Below, piece by piece: positions 16,014 to 26,338 of a stretch of 32,000 nt of DNA (position 1 is its first letter; each line of letters starts with the position of its first letter). This DNA comes from Candidatus Nanopusillus sp. GTDB taxonomy: Archaea; Nanobdellota; Nanobdellia; Nanobdellales; Nanobdellaceae. Location: positions 1-32,000 of the forward strand of contig JAPWTZ010000004.1 of assembly GCA_028275775.1 (NCBI GenBank), read 5' to 3'. The notes beneath the pieces were generated by a model, which was given only the letters and a program-made list of their open reading frames with translations, was not told where the DNA came from and searched no databases. The position numbers and the translations under genes were made by a program.

Positions 16014-16021
16014 TTTATAAA
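16014..16021 (-). promoter_or_regulatory. Candidate TATA box for the surface-cluster operon
   Basis: TTTATAAA lies 23 nt upstream of the ATG at 15990, in the 36-nt gap after the DUF371 gene. The spacing fits a leaderless or short-leader archaeal transcript. TATA-like strings are frequent in this AT-rich DNA, so specificity is low. Confidence 0.3.
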
Positions 16022-16026
16022 TATTT

Positions 16027-16434
16027 TTAGTAGTATATAATAAATTCCATATCCCTTTCATTCCTTAATCTTTCTATCAATCTTCTATCAATATCAATAG
16101 CACTCTTATTTGAATTTATTGCCAAAGTTCTATCATCAATATAATTGCTTTTTCTTATAACAATACTTCTATCACTTGTTAATAATAATTTTTTTGAACC
16201 ATATGCAATTATATCATCTATTAAATCATCAACTTTAATTACAATCTTTATTTTTCCTTCATTTAATAGATGATCTTTGAGGTCTTCTGGTAAATCTTTT
16301 ACAGAGTAATTTGCACTTATACCTATTATGCAATCCCCTCTTTCAGTTAAATAATTGTCCTTAGTAATTTCTAAAGTACTTCTATGTGTTGCTTTTATTA
16401 ATTTATTTCCTTTAGCTTTTATTACTAATCTCAT
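16027..16434 (-). CDS. DUF371 (COG2090) family protein
   Basis: IKATHRSTLEITKDNYLTERGDCIIGISAN matches the DUF371 signature (ATH-x-T-x-E-x-T...T-x-RGDCI(I/V)G). Confidence 0.75.
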   Translation of the reverse strand: MRLVIKAKGNKLIKATHRSTLEITKDNYLTERGDCIIGISANYSVKDLPEDLKDHLLNEGKIKIVIKVDDLIDDIIAYGSKKLLLTSDRSIVIRKSNYIDDRTLAINSNKSAIDIDRRLIERLRNERDMEFIIYY

Positions 16435-17263
16435 TTAAGTAATTTAATATTTCTCTTGTAATATTTTTATTTAAATATTTATCAAATCCTTCATATTGGA
16501 ATATATGATGTAAATCTATTAAATAATATTGATTATCTTTTAATAGTAGATCAAATGCGAATATTTGTAAGTCACATTTTTCCATAATTTTATATCCAAT
16601 ATCTATTATTTCTTCATCCAATTTATATGGTCTTCCATATGCACCTCTACTAATATTTGCCTTAAAACTATTTTTATTAATTCTTTCCATTGCACCAATT
16701 GGTTTTCCTATAAAAATTACTCTTATATCTCTTTCATAAGGTATATATTTTTGAAATATTAAATGTTTTATGTTTATTCTTTTTTCTAATAAATATTTTT
16801 CTAAAAAATCATACAGTTCCTTTTCATTATCTATTTTATATACAAATTCCCCCCTATGAATAAATTGATGCTTTATTACCATTGGAAAGCCTATTTTATT
16901 TATTACGTATTCTATATTATCTATTGAATATATTTTTGTGAATTCTGGAATTTCTATATATTTATTAAGAATGCTATAAAATAATGTTTTTGATATTATA
17001 GATTCTTTAACATGTATTTTATTTATTACTTCTTTTCCATTTTGTTTAAGATATTTTGCTAAAAAATGTATATCTGATAAAAAATTTGATCCGACAAAAA
17101 AGTAATATAAATCATAATTCAATATTTTCCCATTATATGGAAATATATTTTCTTTTTCTATATCAACTATTTCAATGTTATTATAATTTTTTATTTCTTC
17201 CTTTAACTTTATTATCCTATAATCTTGTAAATAAGGTTTTGTTAATATAGCTACTCTACCCAT
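16412..17263 (-). CDS. ATP-grasp enzyme, RimK/LysX-like ligase
   Basis: 283 aa. GFPMVIKHQFIHRGEFVY, IFQKYIPYERDIRVIFIG, FKANISRGA and FAFDLL...YYLIDLH follow the RimK-type ATP-grasp motif order. 23-nt overlap with the DUF371 gene. Confidence 0.75.
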   Translation of the reverse strand: MGRVAILTKPYLQDYRIIKLKEEIKNYNNIEIVDIEKENIFPYNGKILNYDLYYFFVGSNFLSDIHFLAKYLKQNGKEVINKIHVKESIISKTLFYSILNKYIEIPEFTKIYSIDNIEYVINKIGFPMVIKHQFIHRGEFVYKIDNEKELYDFLEKYLLEKRINIKHLIFQKYIPYERDIRVIFIGKPIGAMERINKNSFKANISRGAYGRPYKLDEEIIDIGYKIMEKCDLQIFAFDLLLKDNQYYLIDLHHIFQYEGFDKYLNKNITREILNYLNEISNKS

Positions 17264-17313
17264 TTCTAATATCTGAGAGGTAAAGTTATAAGTTTTTTAT
17301 AAAAAATAAATAA

Positions 17314-17628
17314 ATGGTTAAATCTACTAAAAAGCCTAAATCTAAAAAAACTTCTAAGGCTAATCAACCTAAAAAAAGTTTGAGAGAATTATCGGAAATT
17401 GATATAACAAAACATTATTTAGTACCAAAACATATAATATTATCTGAAGAAGAAAAGAAAGAACTATTAGAAAAGTATAAAGTATCTTTATCAGATTTAC
17501 CAAAGATTAAAATCTCAGATCCTGCGTTAAAGAATCTAAATGCTAAGCCAGGGGATATTGTTAAGATTATAAGAAATAATCCATGGATTGGAGAAGAAAT
17601 ATATTATAGGGTTGTTGTTGAAGATTAA
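17314..17628 (+). CDS. rpoH: DNA-directed RNA polymerase subunit H (Rpo5)
   Basis: [69 protein letters not shown] is the RpoH/Rpb5 C-domain. The ATG start gives a Lys-rich N-terminal extension of about 22 aa. An in-frame TTG at 17380 would give a canonical-length protein. Confidence 0.9.
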   Translation: MVKSTKKPKSKKTSKANQPKKSLRELSEIDITKHYLVPKHIILSEEEKKELLEKYKVSLSDLPKIKISDPALKNLNAKPGDIVKIIRNNPWIGEEIYYRVVVED

Positions 17629-17660
17629 ACTTATAAGGATATCATATATATAAATAAAAA

Positions 17661-19175
17661 GTGGCTAATAATATAGATAATTATATCTTATTCTATAAAT
17701 ATTTAGAAGAAAATGATCTGTTAGGAGTACAACTCAGGTCCTTTGAATACTTTGTTGATGTAGAAATGACAAAGATTGGAAGAGAATTGGGAACATTTTC
17801 TCCAAGATTATTAGCTCCAGGATTAAAAGATTTACAGTTTAAAATAGAAAGAATATGGTTGGGGAAGGCAGACTTTATGGAAAAAGAGGGAGTTTCTAGA
17901 TTAATATATCCGATAGAAGCTAGGATCAGAAAACTTACATATGCTGGAACAGTATTTATGGAATTTTCTGTATATGAAAATGAAACATTTAAAAGTAAAT
18001 ATCAGGTAGCTATTGGTAGATTGCCAATAATGGTTAGATCAAAATATTGTAATACCTATGGATTGTCTGAAGAAGAATTGATAAGAATTGGGGAGGATCC
18101 GACAGATAGAGGTGGATATTTTATTATTAATGGAAATGAAAAATTAATTATATTATCTGAAGAACTTAGTACAAATAAATTTTATGTTCAAAGAGAATCT
18201 GGTTCTATAAAATATAGTGGATATTTGTTATCAGAATCTTTAACCCAATTAAGGGCTCATAGAATGGAAATGACAAAGGATGGTTTATTATACTTAACAT
18301 TTGAGAAATATAAAAGGATTCCATTAATACCTTTGGTAAGGGCTCTAGGTTTAGAAAAGGATGTTGAAATAAATCAATTAATTTCTGAAGGAGATGATTT
18401 TGAAGAAGTATATATTAATTTATTGGAATTTCAAGATATAAAAACTTCTGAAGATGCAATAAGATATTTAGCTGATAAATTAAAATTAACTGGATCTCCT
18501 GAAGTTAAAAGAGAAAAATTATTATCAATATTAGATAATTTATTATTACCAAATATTGGAACATCACCAAATGATAGATTATTAAAAGCTTACAATTTAT
18601 TGAAGATGGCAAGAAAGTTATTATTATTAGCTCATGAAAAAATTGATGAAGATATAAAAGATCATTTTTCAAATAAGATAGTTAGAACACCCGGAGAATT
18701 ATTAAGAGAACTTTTCTTAGTTACTTTAAGAACATTGATGACAGATGCAATGTATCAATATGAAAGATTAGTAAAAAGAGGGAAGATACCATCATATACA
18801 TCTATATTTAGATCAAAAATATTTACTGAAAGATTTGAAAATGCAATGGCTGTTGGAAAATGGACAAGAAATAGAACTGGAATTGCACAAAATCTTGATA
18901 GAACTAATAAAATTTCTGTCTTATCTCATTTAACAAGGGTTGTTTCTTCAATATCAAGTGAAGCTGAATTATTAGAAGCAAGAATGGTTCATGGTACTCA
19001 TTGGGGGAGATTAGATTTAATAGAAACACCAGAAGGTCATGAAACCGGGTTAAGAAAAAATCAAACAATATTATCAAAAATAAGTTTTGAGGAAGTTGAT
19101 AAAGATGAATTAATTAGGAAATTAGAGGATATAGGATTAAGGCCAATAGTTAAAAATATTTCAGATAAAAAATAA
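17661..19175 (+). CDS. rpoB2: DNA-directed RNA polymerase subunit B'' (N-terminal part of split Rpo2)
   Basis: 504 aa with a GTG start. Motifs GGYFIINGNEKLII and HGTHWGRLDLIETPEG are typical of the Rpb2 N-terminal half. It lies between rpoH and rpoB1. Confidence 0.95.
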   Translation: MANNIDNYILFYKYLEENDLLGVQLRSFEYFVDVEMTKIGRELGTFSPRLLAPGLKDLQFKIERIWLGKADFMEKEGVSRLIYPIEARIRKLTYAGTVFMEFSVYENETFKSKYQVAIGRLPIMVRSKYCNTYGLSEEELIRIGEDPTDRGGYFIINGNEKLIILSEELSTNKFYVQRESGSIKYSGYLLSESLTQLRAHRMEMTKDGLLYLTFEKYKRIPLIPLVRALGLEKDVEINQLISEGDDFEEVYINLLEFQDIKTSEDAIRYLADKLKLTGSPEVKREKLLSILDNLLLPNIGTSPNDRLLKAYNLLKMARKLLLLAHEKIDEDIKDHFSNKIVRTPGELLRELFLVTLRTLMTDAMYQYERLVKRGKIPSYTSIFRSKIFTERFENAMAVGKWTRNRTGIAQNLDRTNKISVLSHLTRVVSSISSEAELLEARMVHGTHWGRLDLIETPEGHETGLRKNQTILSKISFEEVDKDELIRKLEDIGLRPIVKNISDKK

Positions 19176-19177
19176 AA

Positions 19178-20980
19178 ATGGCATATGAGGTTTATGTAGA
19201 TAGTATTTTTGTTGGATATGTTGATGATGCTAATAAGTTTATTGAAGAATTTAAAGAAAAGAGAAGAAAAGGTATTATTCCATATTTTGTAAATATATAC
19301 TTTGATGAAACAAGAAATGTTATAGAAATATTAACAAGAAAGGGAAGGATATTAAGACCTTTAATTGTTGTAAAAGATGGAAAACCTTTATTAACAAAAG
19401 AACATATTGAAAAATTAAAGAGAGGAGAAATAAAATGGTCTGATTTAGAAAAAGAAGGTATAATTGAATGGGTTGATCCTGCTGAAGAAGAAAATTTAAA
19501 TGTTGCATTATATCCTGAAGATATAAAAGAAAATACAACTCATTTAGAATTATCTTCTTTAGTAATATTTAGTATAGCTACATCTTTAGTTCCATTTTCA
19601 AATAGAAATCAATCTGCAAGATTAAATAGAGGTGTTAGACCACAGAGACAGGCTCATGCTATATATTCATTAAATTTCCATAATAGATTTGATACAGATA
19701 TATCTGTTTTATATTATCCACAATACCCGATTACTAGGACTTTTTCTTTTAATATATTTAAGGATGATTATGCAATAGGACAAAATGTAATTGTTGCTGT
19801 AATGACACAGGAAGGATATAATATTGAAGATGCAATTATCATGAATAAAGGTTCAATAGATAGGGGTTTATTTAGATCTGTATATTTTAGATCTTATGAA
19901 ATAGAGAGATTAAGATATTCTGGAGGATTACAAGACGAAATTACAATTCCAGATCCATCTGTTGAATTATATAGAGGAAAAGATAAATATAAAAATTTAG
20001 AAGAAGATGGAATTGTTGGTGTTGAATCATATGTAAAACCTGAAGAAGTCCTTGTTGGTAGAGTATCACCTCCAAGATTCATTGGTTTAACTTCCGAATC
20101 TATTGCAACTGGTTTAAGAAAAAAAGATTCTTCATTAACTACTGGTAGCGGAGAAGAAGGATGGGTAGATAGGGTTATAATAACAGAATCTGCTGATGGA
20201 AATTTACTTGTTAGAATAAAATTAAGAGATCTAAGGATTCCTGAACTTGGAGATAAATTTTCTGTAAGACATGGACAAAAAGGTGTTTTAGGAATGATTG
20301 TTGATCCATCTGATATGCCGTGGTCATCTTCAGGTCTTGTTCCAGATATAATATTCTCTCCTGCTGGAATTCCATCAAGACAAACTGTTGGTTTATTATT
20401 AGAATTACTTGCTGGAAAAGTTGGAAGTTTGAATGGAAGATATGTTGATGGGACTCCATGGTATGGAGAAAGTGAAGAAGAATTAAGGAAAGAATTACTA
20501 TCCTTAGGATTTAGAGAAGATGGAACAGAAACATTATATAATCCTTTAACTGGAGATGAATTTAAAGTTAAAATATTTATTGGAAGTCTTTATTATTTAA
20601 GATTAAAACATATGGCAAAGAATAAATTACAGGCAAGAGCAACAGGTCCTGTTACATTATTAACAAGACAACCAACAGAGGGTAAATCAAAGAAGGGCGG
20701 TTTGAGATTTAGTGAAATGGAACATGAAGTTCTTGCTGCTCATGGTGCTTCTATATTATTAAGGGAACTATTTTCTTCTGATGATACAACTGTTTATGTT
20801 TGTGAAAAATGTGGTTCTCTTGCTGTTGAAGACAATATAAGAAATAGAGTTTATTGTCCTGTTTGTGGTGAAACTGAAAAAATATCAAAAGTTAAAATTT
20901 CTTATGCATTCTACTTATTATTAAATGAATTAATTTCTCTTGGAATTTGGCCTAGACTTAAGTTGGACTATAAGTTTTAA
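19178..20980 (+). CDS. rpoB1: DNA-directed RNA polymerase subunit B' (C-terminal part of split Rpo2)
   Basis: 600 aa. Motifs GYNIEDAIIMNK, GDKFSVRHGQKGV, RLKHMAKNKLQARATGP, GGLRFSEMEHEVL, and the C-terminal zinc ribbon CEKCG...CPVCG. Confidence 0.95.
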   Translation: MAYEVYVDSIFVGYVDDANKFIEEFKEKRRKGIIPYFVNIYFDETRNVIEILTRKGRILRPLIVVKDGKPLLTKEHIEKLKRGEIKWSDLEKEGIIEWVDPAEEENLNVALYPEDIKENTTHLELSSLVIFSIATSLVPFSNRNQSARLNRGVRPQRQAHAIYSLNFHNRFDTDISVLYYPQYPITRTFSFNIFKDDYAIGQNVIVAVMTQEGYNIEDAIIMNKGSIDRGLFRSVYFRSYEIERLRYSGGLQDEITIPDPSVELYRGKDKYKNLEEDGIVGVESYVKPEEVLVGRVSPPRFIGLTSESIATGLRKKDSSLTTGSGEEGWVDRVIITESADGNLLVRIKLRDLRIPELGDKFSVRHGQKGVLGMIVDPSDMPWSSSGLVPDIIFSPAGIPSRQTVGLLLELLAGKVGSLNGRYVDGTPWYGESEEELRKELLSLGFREDGTETLYNPLTGDEFKVKIFIGSLYYLRLKHMAKNKLQARATGPVTLLTRQPTEGKSKKGGLRFSEMEHEVLAAHGASILLRELFSSDDTTVYVCEKCGSLAVEDNIRNRVYCPVCGETEKISKVKISYAFYLLLNELISLGIWPRLKLDYKF

Positions 20981-23652
20981 TGATGAACGACATATTTTTC
21001 AAAAGAATTTCTGAAATCCAATATTTTCTATTAAGTCCAGATACAATAAGAAAAATGTCTGCAGCAAAAATAATTGTATCAGAGTTATATGATGAAGATG
21101 GGACTCCAATAAGGGGTGGATTGATGGATTTAAGATTGGGAGTAGTAGATCCAACATTTGTATGTGAAACATGTGGAAAAACTGCAGGAAAATGTTTGGG
21201 TCATTTTGGTCATATTGAATTGGCAAGACCAGTATTACATCCAGAATTTTTGCCAATTGTTAAAGAATTAATAAATGCTGTTTGTCATAATTGTGGTCAT
21301 GTAAAATTAACAAAAGAAGAGAGAGAATTTGCATTAAATAGAATAGAAAAATATAAGAATTCAAAAAGATGGAATAGATTATATAAATTTATAGTTAAGT
21401 TTGTATATTCTAAAGCTAAAAAAAGGTCAAAATGTCCTATATGTGGATATGAAAATCCAAAAGTAGAATTTAGGAAGCCATTTTATTTTTATGTTAAAGA
21501 TAAGGAAAATGAAAGAAGAATGTATCCTGTTGAAATTAGAGCAATATTTGAAAAAATACCAAATGAAGATTTACCATTAATTGGATTTGATCCATCACTT
21601 TCCAGACCAGAATGGATGATATTAACAGTTTTACCGGTACCTCCAGTAACAATGAGACCTTCAATAGTTTTAGAAACTGGTGAAAGAGCAGAGGATGATT
21701 TAACTCATAAATTAGTTGATATTATAAGAACAAATCAGAGATTAAAGGAAGATATAACAACAGGAGCCCCACAAGTTATTGTAGATGATATATATAACTT
21801 ATTACAATATCATATATTTACATATTTCAATAATACATTACCATATGTCCCGAAGGCTCAACATAAATGGGGAAAACCATTAAAATCATTAGTTGAAAGA
21901 ATATCTGGAAAAGAAGGAATAATCAGGAGATATTTGCTTGGAAAAAGAATAAATTATAGTTCAAGGGCAGTTATTACTCCAGATACAAAAATAAAGCCAA
22001 ATGAAGTTGGAATACCATTATATGTTGCAAAAACATTAACAGTTCCTGAAAGAGTTACTGAATGGAACATTGAAAAAATGAAGGAATATATATTGAATGG
22101 ACCTGAAAAATATCCAGGTGCAAATTATGTAATATCACCAGATGGAAGAAAAAGAGTAATTACTGAAGAAAATAAAGAAACACTTGCTTCAATGATTGCA
22201 CCAGGATGGATTGTTGAAAGACATTTAATGGATGGAGACATTGTATTATTATTAAGATATCCTTCTTTACATAGATTATCAATGATGGGACATTATGTTA
22301 AAGTACTTCCAGGAAATACTTTTAGGATAAATCCAATAATATGCAAACCATATAATGCAGATTTTGATGGAGATGAAATGAATATATTTTTGCCAAGAAG
22401 TGAAGAAGCAAGGGCAGAGACAGAATTTTTAGCAGAAATATCAAATAATTATATTACTCCAAGATATGGAGACTTTATTGTTGGTATGATTCAAGAAATG
22501 ATAACAGGATTATATTTAATAACACAGGATGATGTAAAAATACCAATTAATCAAGCCGCACAATTGGTATATATGTCAAATGCTAATGATAAAGATTTAG
22601 ATAAGTTATCTAATATTATTAAAAAAGCAAAAGAGGAAGGAAGAGATTATCTAACTGGAAAAGAAGTTGCTTCTGTATTTTTACCAGATAACTTTAACTT
22701 TGAAAATGATAAAATAAAGATAGAAAATGGAATGATAGTTAGAGGATATTTAGATTCAAGTTTAATAAAGGCGGAAAAAGGTAGATTATTTGTTGTATTA
22801 TATAAATTATATGGAAAAGAATATGTAACAGATTTATTACAAAAATATAGTTTGTTAGGAATATATTATCAATATAATTTGGGAATTTCAATGTCTATTT
22901 CAGACTTCGATTTACCAGAAGAAGCAAAAGAAGAAATAAGAAAGATAATAGATGATACACAAAAAACAGTAGATGATTTATATAAACAATATACTGAGGG
23001 AACACTTGAAAGAATTGCTGGTAGAAGTTTACAGGAAACATATGAATTAAAATCTATGCAAGTAATATCTGAAAGTGTTACAAAAATACAGGATGTTCTT
23101 AGAAAATATATGAAAAAGGATACAGGTACATATATTATGTCTGTAACTGGTGCGAGAGGTGATTGGCAGGATGCTGTAAAAATGGCTGGATCTTTAGGAT
23201 TTCAAGCATTTAGAGGAAGATTTATAGATTTTGGTTATAGAGGAAGAAATTTAACAATATTTGAGAAAAATATATATCATCCAAAATATCATGGTTGGGT
23301 AATAAGTTCATTTAGAGATGGATTAAAACCATGGGAAATGTTCTTCCATGCATTACCTGGTAGAGACTCTTTAATGGATACTGCAATAAGAACTGCCCAA
23401 TCTGGATATTTCTATAGAAGACTAGTATTAAGTTTATATGATCTTCATGTAAATGATGATTTAACTGTTAGAGATGCTTATAATAGAATTGTACAATTTG
23501 TTTATGGAGGAGATGGTGTTGCAGTACATAAATCAATAAATGGAAAATTAGATGTAAATTTACTGGCCCAAATTTTAAAACCTTATGTAGAAAATAATAA
23601 AGATGGAACTACCAGAAAAAATAAAAAAGGATCTAGAAAAAATAGAAGATGA
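20980..23652 (+). CDS. rpoA1: DNA-directed RNA polymerase subunit A'
   Basis: 890 aa. Zinc motifs CETCG...CLGHFGHIEL, PVPPVTMRPS, and the catalytic NADFDGDEMN. The start ATG overlaps the rpoB1 stop. Confidence 0.95.
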   Translation: MMNDIFFKRISEIQYFLLSPDTIRKMSAAKIIVSELYDEDGTPIRGGLMDLRLGVVDPTFVCETCGKTAGKCLGHFGHIELARPVLHPEFLPIVKELINAVCHNCGHVKLTKEEREFALNRIEKYKNSKRWNRLYKFIVKFVYSKAKKRSKCPICGYENPKVEFRKPFYFYVKDKENERRMYPVEIRAIFEKIPNEDLPLIGFDPSLSRPEWMILTVLPVPPVTMRPSIVLETGERAEDDLTHKLVDIIRTNQRLKEDITTGAPQVIVDDIYNLLQYHIFTYFNNTLPYVPKAQHKWGKPLKSLVERISGKEGIIRRYLLGKRINYSSRAVITPDTKIKPNEVGIPLYVAKTLTVPERVTEWNIEKMKEYILNGPEKYPGANYVISPDGRKRVITEENKETLASMIAPGWIVERHLMDGDIVLLLRYPSLHRLSMMGHYVKVLPGNTFRINPIICKPYNADFDGDEMNIFLPRSEEARAETEFLAEISNNYITPRYGDFIVGMIQEMITGLYLITQDDVKIPINQAAQLVYMSNANDKDLDKLSNIIKKAKEEGRDYLTGKEVASVFLPDNFNFENDKIKIENGMIVRGYLDSSLIKAEKGRLFVVLYKLYGKEYVTDLLQKYSLLGIYYQYNLGISMSISDFDLPEEAKEEIRKIIDDTQKTVDDLYKQYTEGTLERIAGRSLQETYELKSMQVISESVTKIQDVLRKYMKKDTGTYIMSVTGARGDWQDAVKMAGSLGFQAFRGRFIDFGYRGRNLTIFEKNIYHPKYHGWVISSFRDGLKPWEMFFHALPGRDSLMDTAIRTAQSGYFYRRLVLSLYDLHVNDDLTVRDAYNRIVQFVYGGDGVAVHKSINGKLDVNLLAQILKPYVENNKDGTTRKNKKGSRKNRR

Positions 23653-24697
23653 AAAATTAAGAAAAGTTGTAGAAGATTTCTCATATAGTTTTATAATAGA
23701 TCCTGGTGAACCTGTTGGTATAGTTGCTGCTCAATCAATTGCAGAACCAACTACACAAATGATATTGAGATCTTTCCACTTTGTAGGTATATCTGCTCAG
23801 CAGGTTTCTTTGGGTTTACCTAGAATTACTGAAATAACTGATGCAAAAAAGAAAATGAAGAGAAAATATATGATAATAAGGTTATTGGATGAGTATAAAA
23901 ATGATTTAAATGTAGCTCAAAATGTTGCAAAAAGGATAAAGGAATTATTATTGGAAGATTTATTATCATCAATAACATTGGATGTATTTGAAAATAAGAT
24001 AATAATTGTTTTGGATAAAGAAAAATTAAAAAAAGAAGAATTAACATTTGATGAAGTATTTAGAATATTAAAAAAGAAAATAAAGAAATATAGGGTTGAA
24101 AATGATAAACAAAAAATATATATAACTGCTCCTAAATTATCTGCAAGGGAATTATATTTGCTTAAAGAAATGGTAAAGAAAATATTAATAAAAGGGATAA
24201 AAGGAATTAAAGATGTAACTATACAGAAAGAAGATAATGAATATGTAATATATACTGTTGGATCTAATTTATTAGAAGTTATGAAAATACCTGAAGTAGA
24301 TTATACAAAAGTATATACAAATGATCTAAGGGAAATAGAAAAAGTATTTGGAATAGAAGCTACTAGGGCTGCAATATTACAAGAATTAGTTAAATTATAT
24401 GAACAGCAGGGTCTTAATGTAAATGTAAGACACTTTATGTTAGTAGCAGATATGTTAACATGGTATGGTACATATTTAGGTATAAATAGATATGGATTAC
24501 ATGCAGAAAAAGAATCTACGTTATCAAAAGCAGCATTTGAAACACCAGTTTCTATATTTGTTAGGTCTTCAATAATGGGACAATCTGATAAAGTATTAAG
24601 TGGAATAGATAATTCTATAATGAATCAGCCAATATATTTGGGTACAGGTTTGTATGATATATATTTTGTAGGAAATAAAAAGGAAGATAAGGAATAA
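23603..24697 (+). CDS. rpoA2: DNA-directed RNA polymerase subunit A''
   Basis: 364 aa. GEPVGIVAAQSIAEPTTQM (trigger-loop region) ... FETPVSIF. The ATG at 23603 gives a 50-nt overlap with rpoA1. Confidence 0.93.
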   Translation: MELPEKIKKDLEKIEDEKLRKVVEDFSYSFIIDPGEPVGIVAAQSIAEPTTQMILRSFHFVGISAQQVSLGLPRITEITDAKKKMKRKYMIIRLLDEYKNDLNVAQNVAKRIKELLLEDLLSSITLDVFENKIIIVLDKEKLKKEELTFDEVFRILKKKIKKYRVENDKQKIYITAPKLSARELYLLKEMVKKILIKGIKGIKDVTIQKEDNEYVIYTVGSNLLEVMKIPEVDYTKVYTNDLREIEKVFGIEATRAAILQELVKLYEQQGLNVNVRHFMLVADMLTWYGTYLGINRYGLHAEKESTLSKAAFETPVSIFVRSSIMGQSDKVLSGIDNSIMNQPIYLGTGLYDIYFVGNKKEDKE

Positions 24698-24723
24698 AAA
24701 TATTTTTTATATAGATAAATTTT

Positions 24724-24996
24724 ATGGTAACATTTGATGATTTAAGAAAGAAAATTGTTGATGAGAAAAGTGTAATTATTGGATATAATAGAACTTTGAA
24801 AATGATTAAAAGAGGAAAAGTAGAAAAAGTATTTTTAGCAAAGAATGTTCCTGAAAATATAAAAAAGGATATAGAATATTATCAAAAGTTAGGCAATTTT
24901 GAAGTAGAAATATTGAATTATTCAAATGAAGAAGTTGGTTTGTTATTGAAAAAGCCATTTAAAATTTCTGTTATATCTATATTAAAGAATGGCTAA
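24724..24996 (+). CDS. rpl30e: 50S ribosomal protein L30e
   Basis: 90 aa in the conserved position after rpoA2. The pattern [24 protein letters not shown] ... [16 protein letters not shown] fits L30e. Confidence 0.85.
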   Translation: MVTFDDLRKKIVDEKSVIIGYNRTLKMIKRGKVEKVFLAKNVPENIKKDIEYYQKLGNFEVEILNYSNEEVGLLLKKPFKISVISILKNG

Positions 24997-25417
24997 TGGA
25001 TTATTTGCTGCTAAAAAATTAATTGAAAATAGGAAAAAATTTAGATGGAGTAAGAAAGAATGGAAGAGAAGAATATTAAAATTAAAAGAGAAATATGATC
25101 CTCTGGAAGGAAGTCCAATGGCATCAGGAATTGTATTAGAAAAAGTACAGATTGAAAAAAGACAGCCATATTCTGGAATGATAAAGTGTGTAAAAGTACA
25201 ATTAAAGAAGAATGGAAAAATTGTTACAGCTTTTGCTCCAGGTGATAAGGCAATAAAATATATTGATGAACATGATGAAGTATTAATAGTTGGAATAGGG
25301 GGACCAAAGGGAAGAACTATAGGTTCAATACCAGGAGTAAGATATAAGGTAATACTAGTAAATGGACAGCCTTTAGAATTATTAAGGAAGGGTAAGATAG
25401 AAAAAGCTAGAAGATAG
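24989..25417 (+). CDS. rps12: 30S ribosomal protein S12
   Basis: [40 protein letters not shown]...[11 protein letters not shown]...[13 protein letters not shown] aligns to archaeal S12. The normally invariant KQPNSAIRK loop is altered (see findings). Confidence 0.92.
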   Translation: MANGLFAAKKLIENRKKFRWSKKEWKRRILKLKEKYDPLEGSPMASGIVLEKVQIEKRQPYSGMIKCVKVQLKKNGKIVTAFAPGDKAIKYIDEHDEVLIVGIGGPKGRTIGSIPGVRYKVILVNGQPLELLRKGKIEKARR

Positions 25418-25491
25418 AAAAGATAGATAAATAGTCGTTATTTTTTGATAACAAAAACAATATTTATATAATTTTATTATATAAAAAATAA

Positions 25492-26307
25492 ATGGTATAT
25501 GACTTATTTATATCTATAGGTTATTATATTGGTTTTTTAGTATTAGGTGGCATAATAGGTTATTTTATTGGATGGATAGTATATAAAGTATTGAACTGGC
25601 TATTTGCAAAATACATAAAAATAGAGAGTGTATATGAAAAATTAAAATCAACATTTAGCAAAATGCCAGAAATAAATGTAGCAGTCCTATTATCATATTT
25701 GGTTGGAATAATATTGGGAATATTAGTATTTAATAGTATATTATCATTAATGCCAAGTGTATTAACAGCAAATCAGTATTATTACATATCTAATATAGTA
25801 CAATTGACAATGACAGTTTCTTCAACATTATTATTAATATCAATAGTTGTATTAATAATAGCAGCGGGTGTAATATTTTCCATATTCTTTACATCATATC
25901 TATATATATTAATTGAAGGTTATAATGAATATGTAGCAGAATTATTGAAACTATTATTATTCTTAGGATTTGTATGGATAATAACATATTATTCTTTAGA
26001 ATTATTAGGATTCCAATATACACTATTCGATAATATTATAGGTGTATTTGTAATATTATCAATTGGATTAATTGTAATGAAATATATAACAGAAAATATA
26101 AGTGAAAATACATATTATAAAAATGTAAAACCATTTATCCAAGTATTTATATATTCAATATTTGTTATATCATCACTATCAGTATTAACTGTTGGATATT
26201 CAAATATTTCAGCAAGTGTAGAAAGTATATTTGCATGGGGCTTTGTAATATTATTTGTACTAACATTAATACCAGTATTGGTTAAGGCAATAAAAGAATC
26301 AGAATAA
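25492..26307 (+). CDS. Polytopic membrane protein (about 7-8 TM), unknown function, inserted between rps12 and rps7
   Basis: 271-aa hydrophobic ORF. No catalytic or transport motif recognised. Confidence 0.65.
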   Translation: MVYDLFISIGYYIGFLVLGGIIGYFIGWIVYKVLNWLFAKYIKIESVYEKLKSTFSKMPEINVAVLLSYLVGIILGILVFNSILSLMPSVLTANQYYYISNIVQLTMTVSSTLLLISIVVLIIAAGVIFSIFFTSYLYILIEGYNEYVAELLKLLLFLGFVWIITYYSLELLGFQYTLFDNIIGVFVILSIGLIVMKYITENISENTYYKNVKPFIQVFIYSIFVISSLSVLTVGYSNISASVESIFAWGFVILFVLTLIPVLVKAIKESE

Positions 26308-26338
26308 TTTTTTAATTTATTCTTTAATATTATTTTTA

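Noticed and set aside
17056-17250. 64-aa plus-strand ORF
   Set aside because: Antisense within the ATP-grasp gene.
19320-21256. Four minus-strand ORFs (19320-19538, 19894-20082, 20211-20459, 20999-21256)
   Set aside because: All are antisense inside the unambiguous rpoB1/rpoA1 genes, so they are shadow ORFs.
23826-24047. 73-aa minus-strand ORF
   Set aside because: Antisense within rpoA2.
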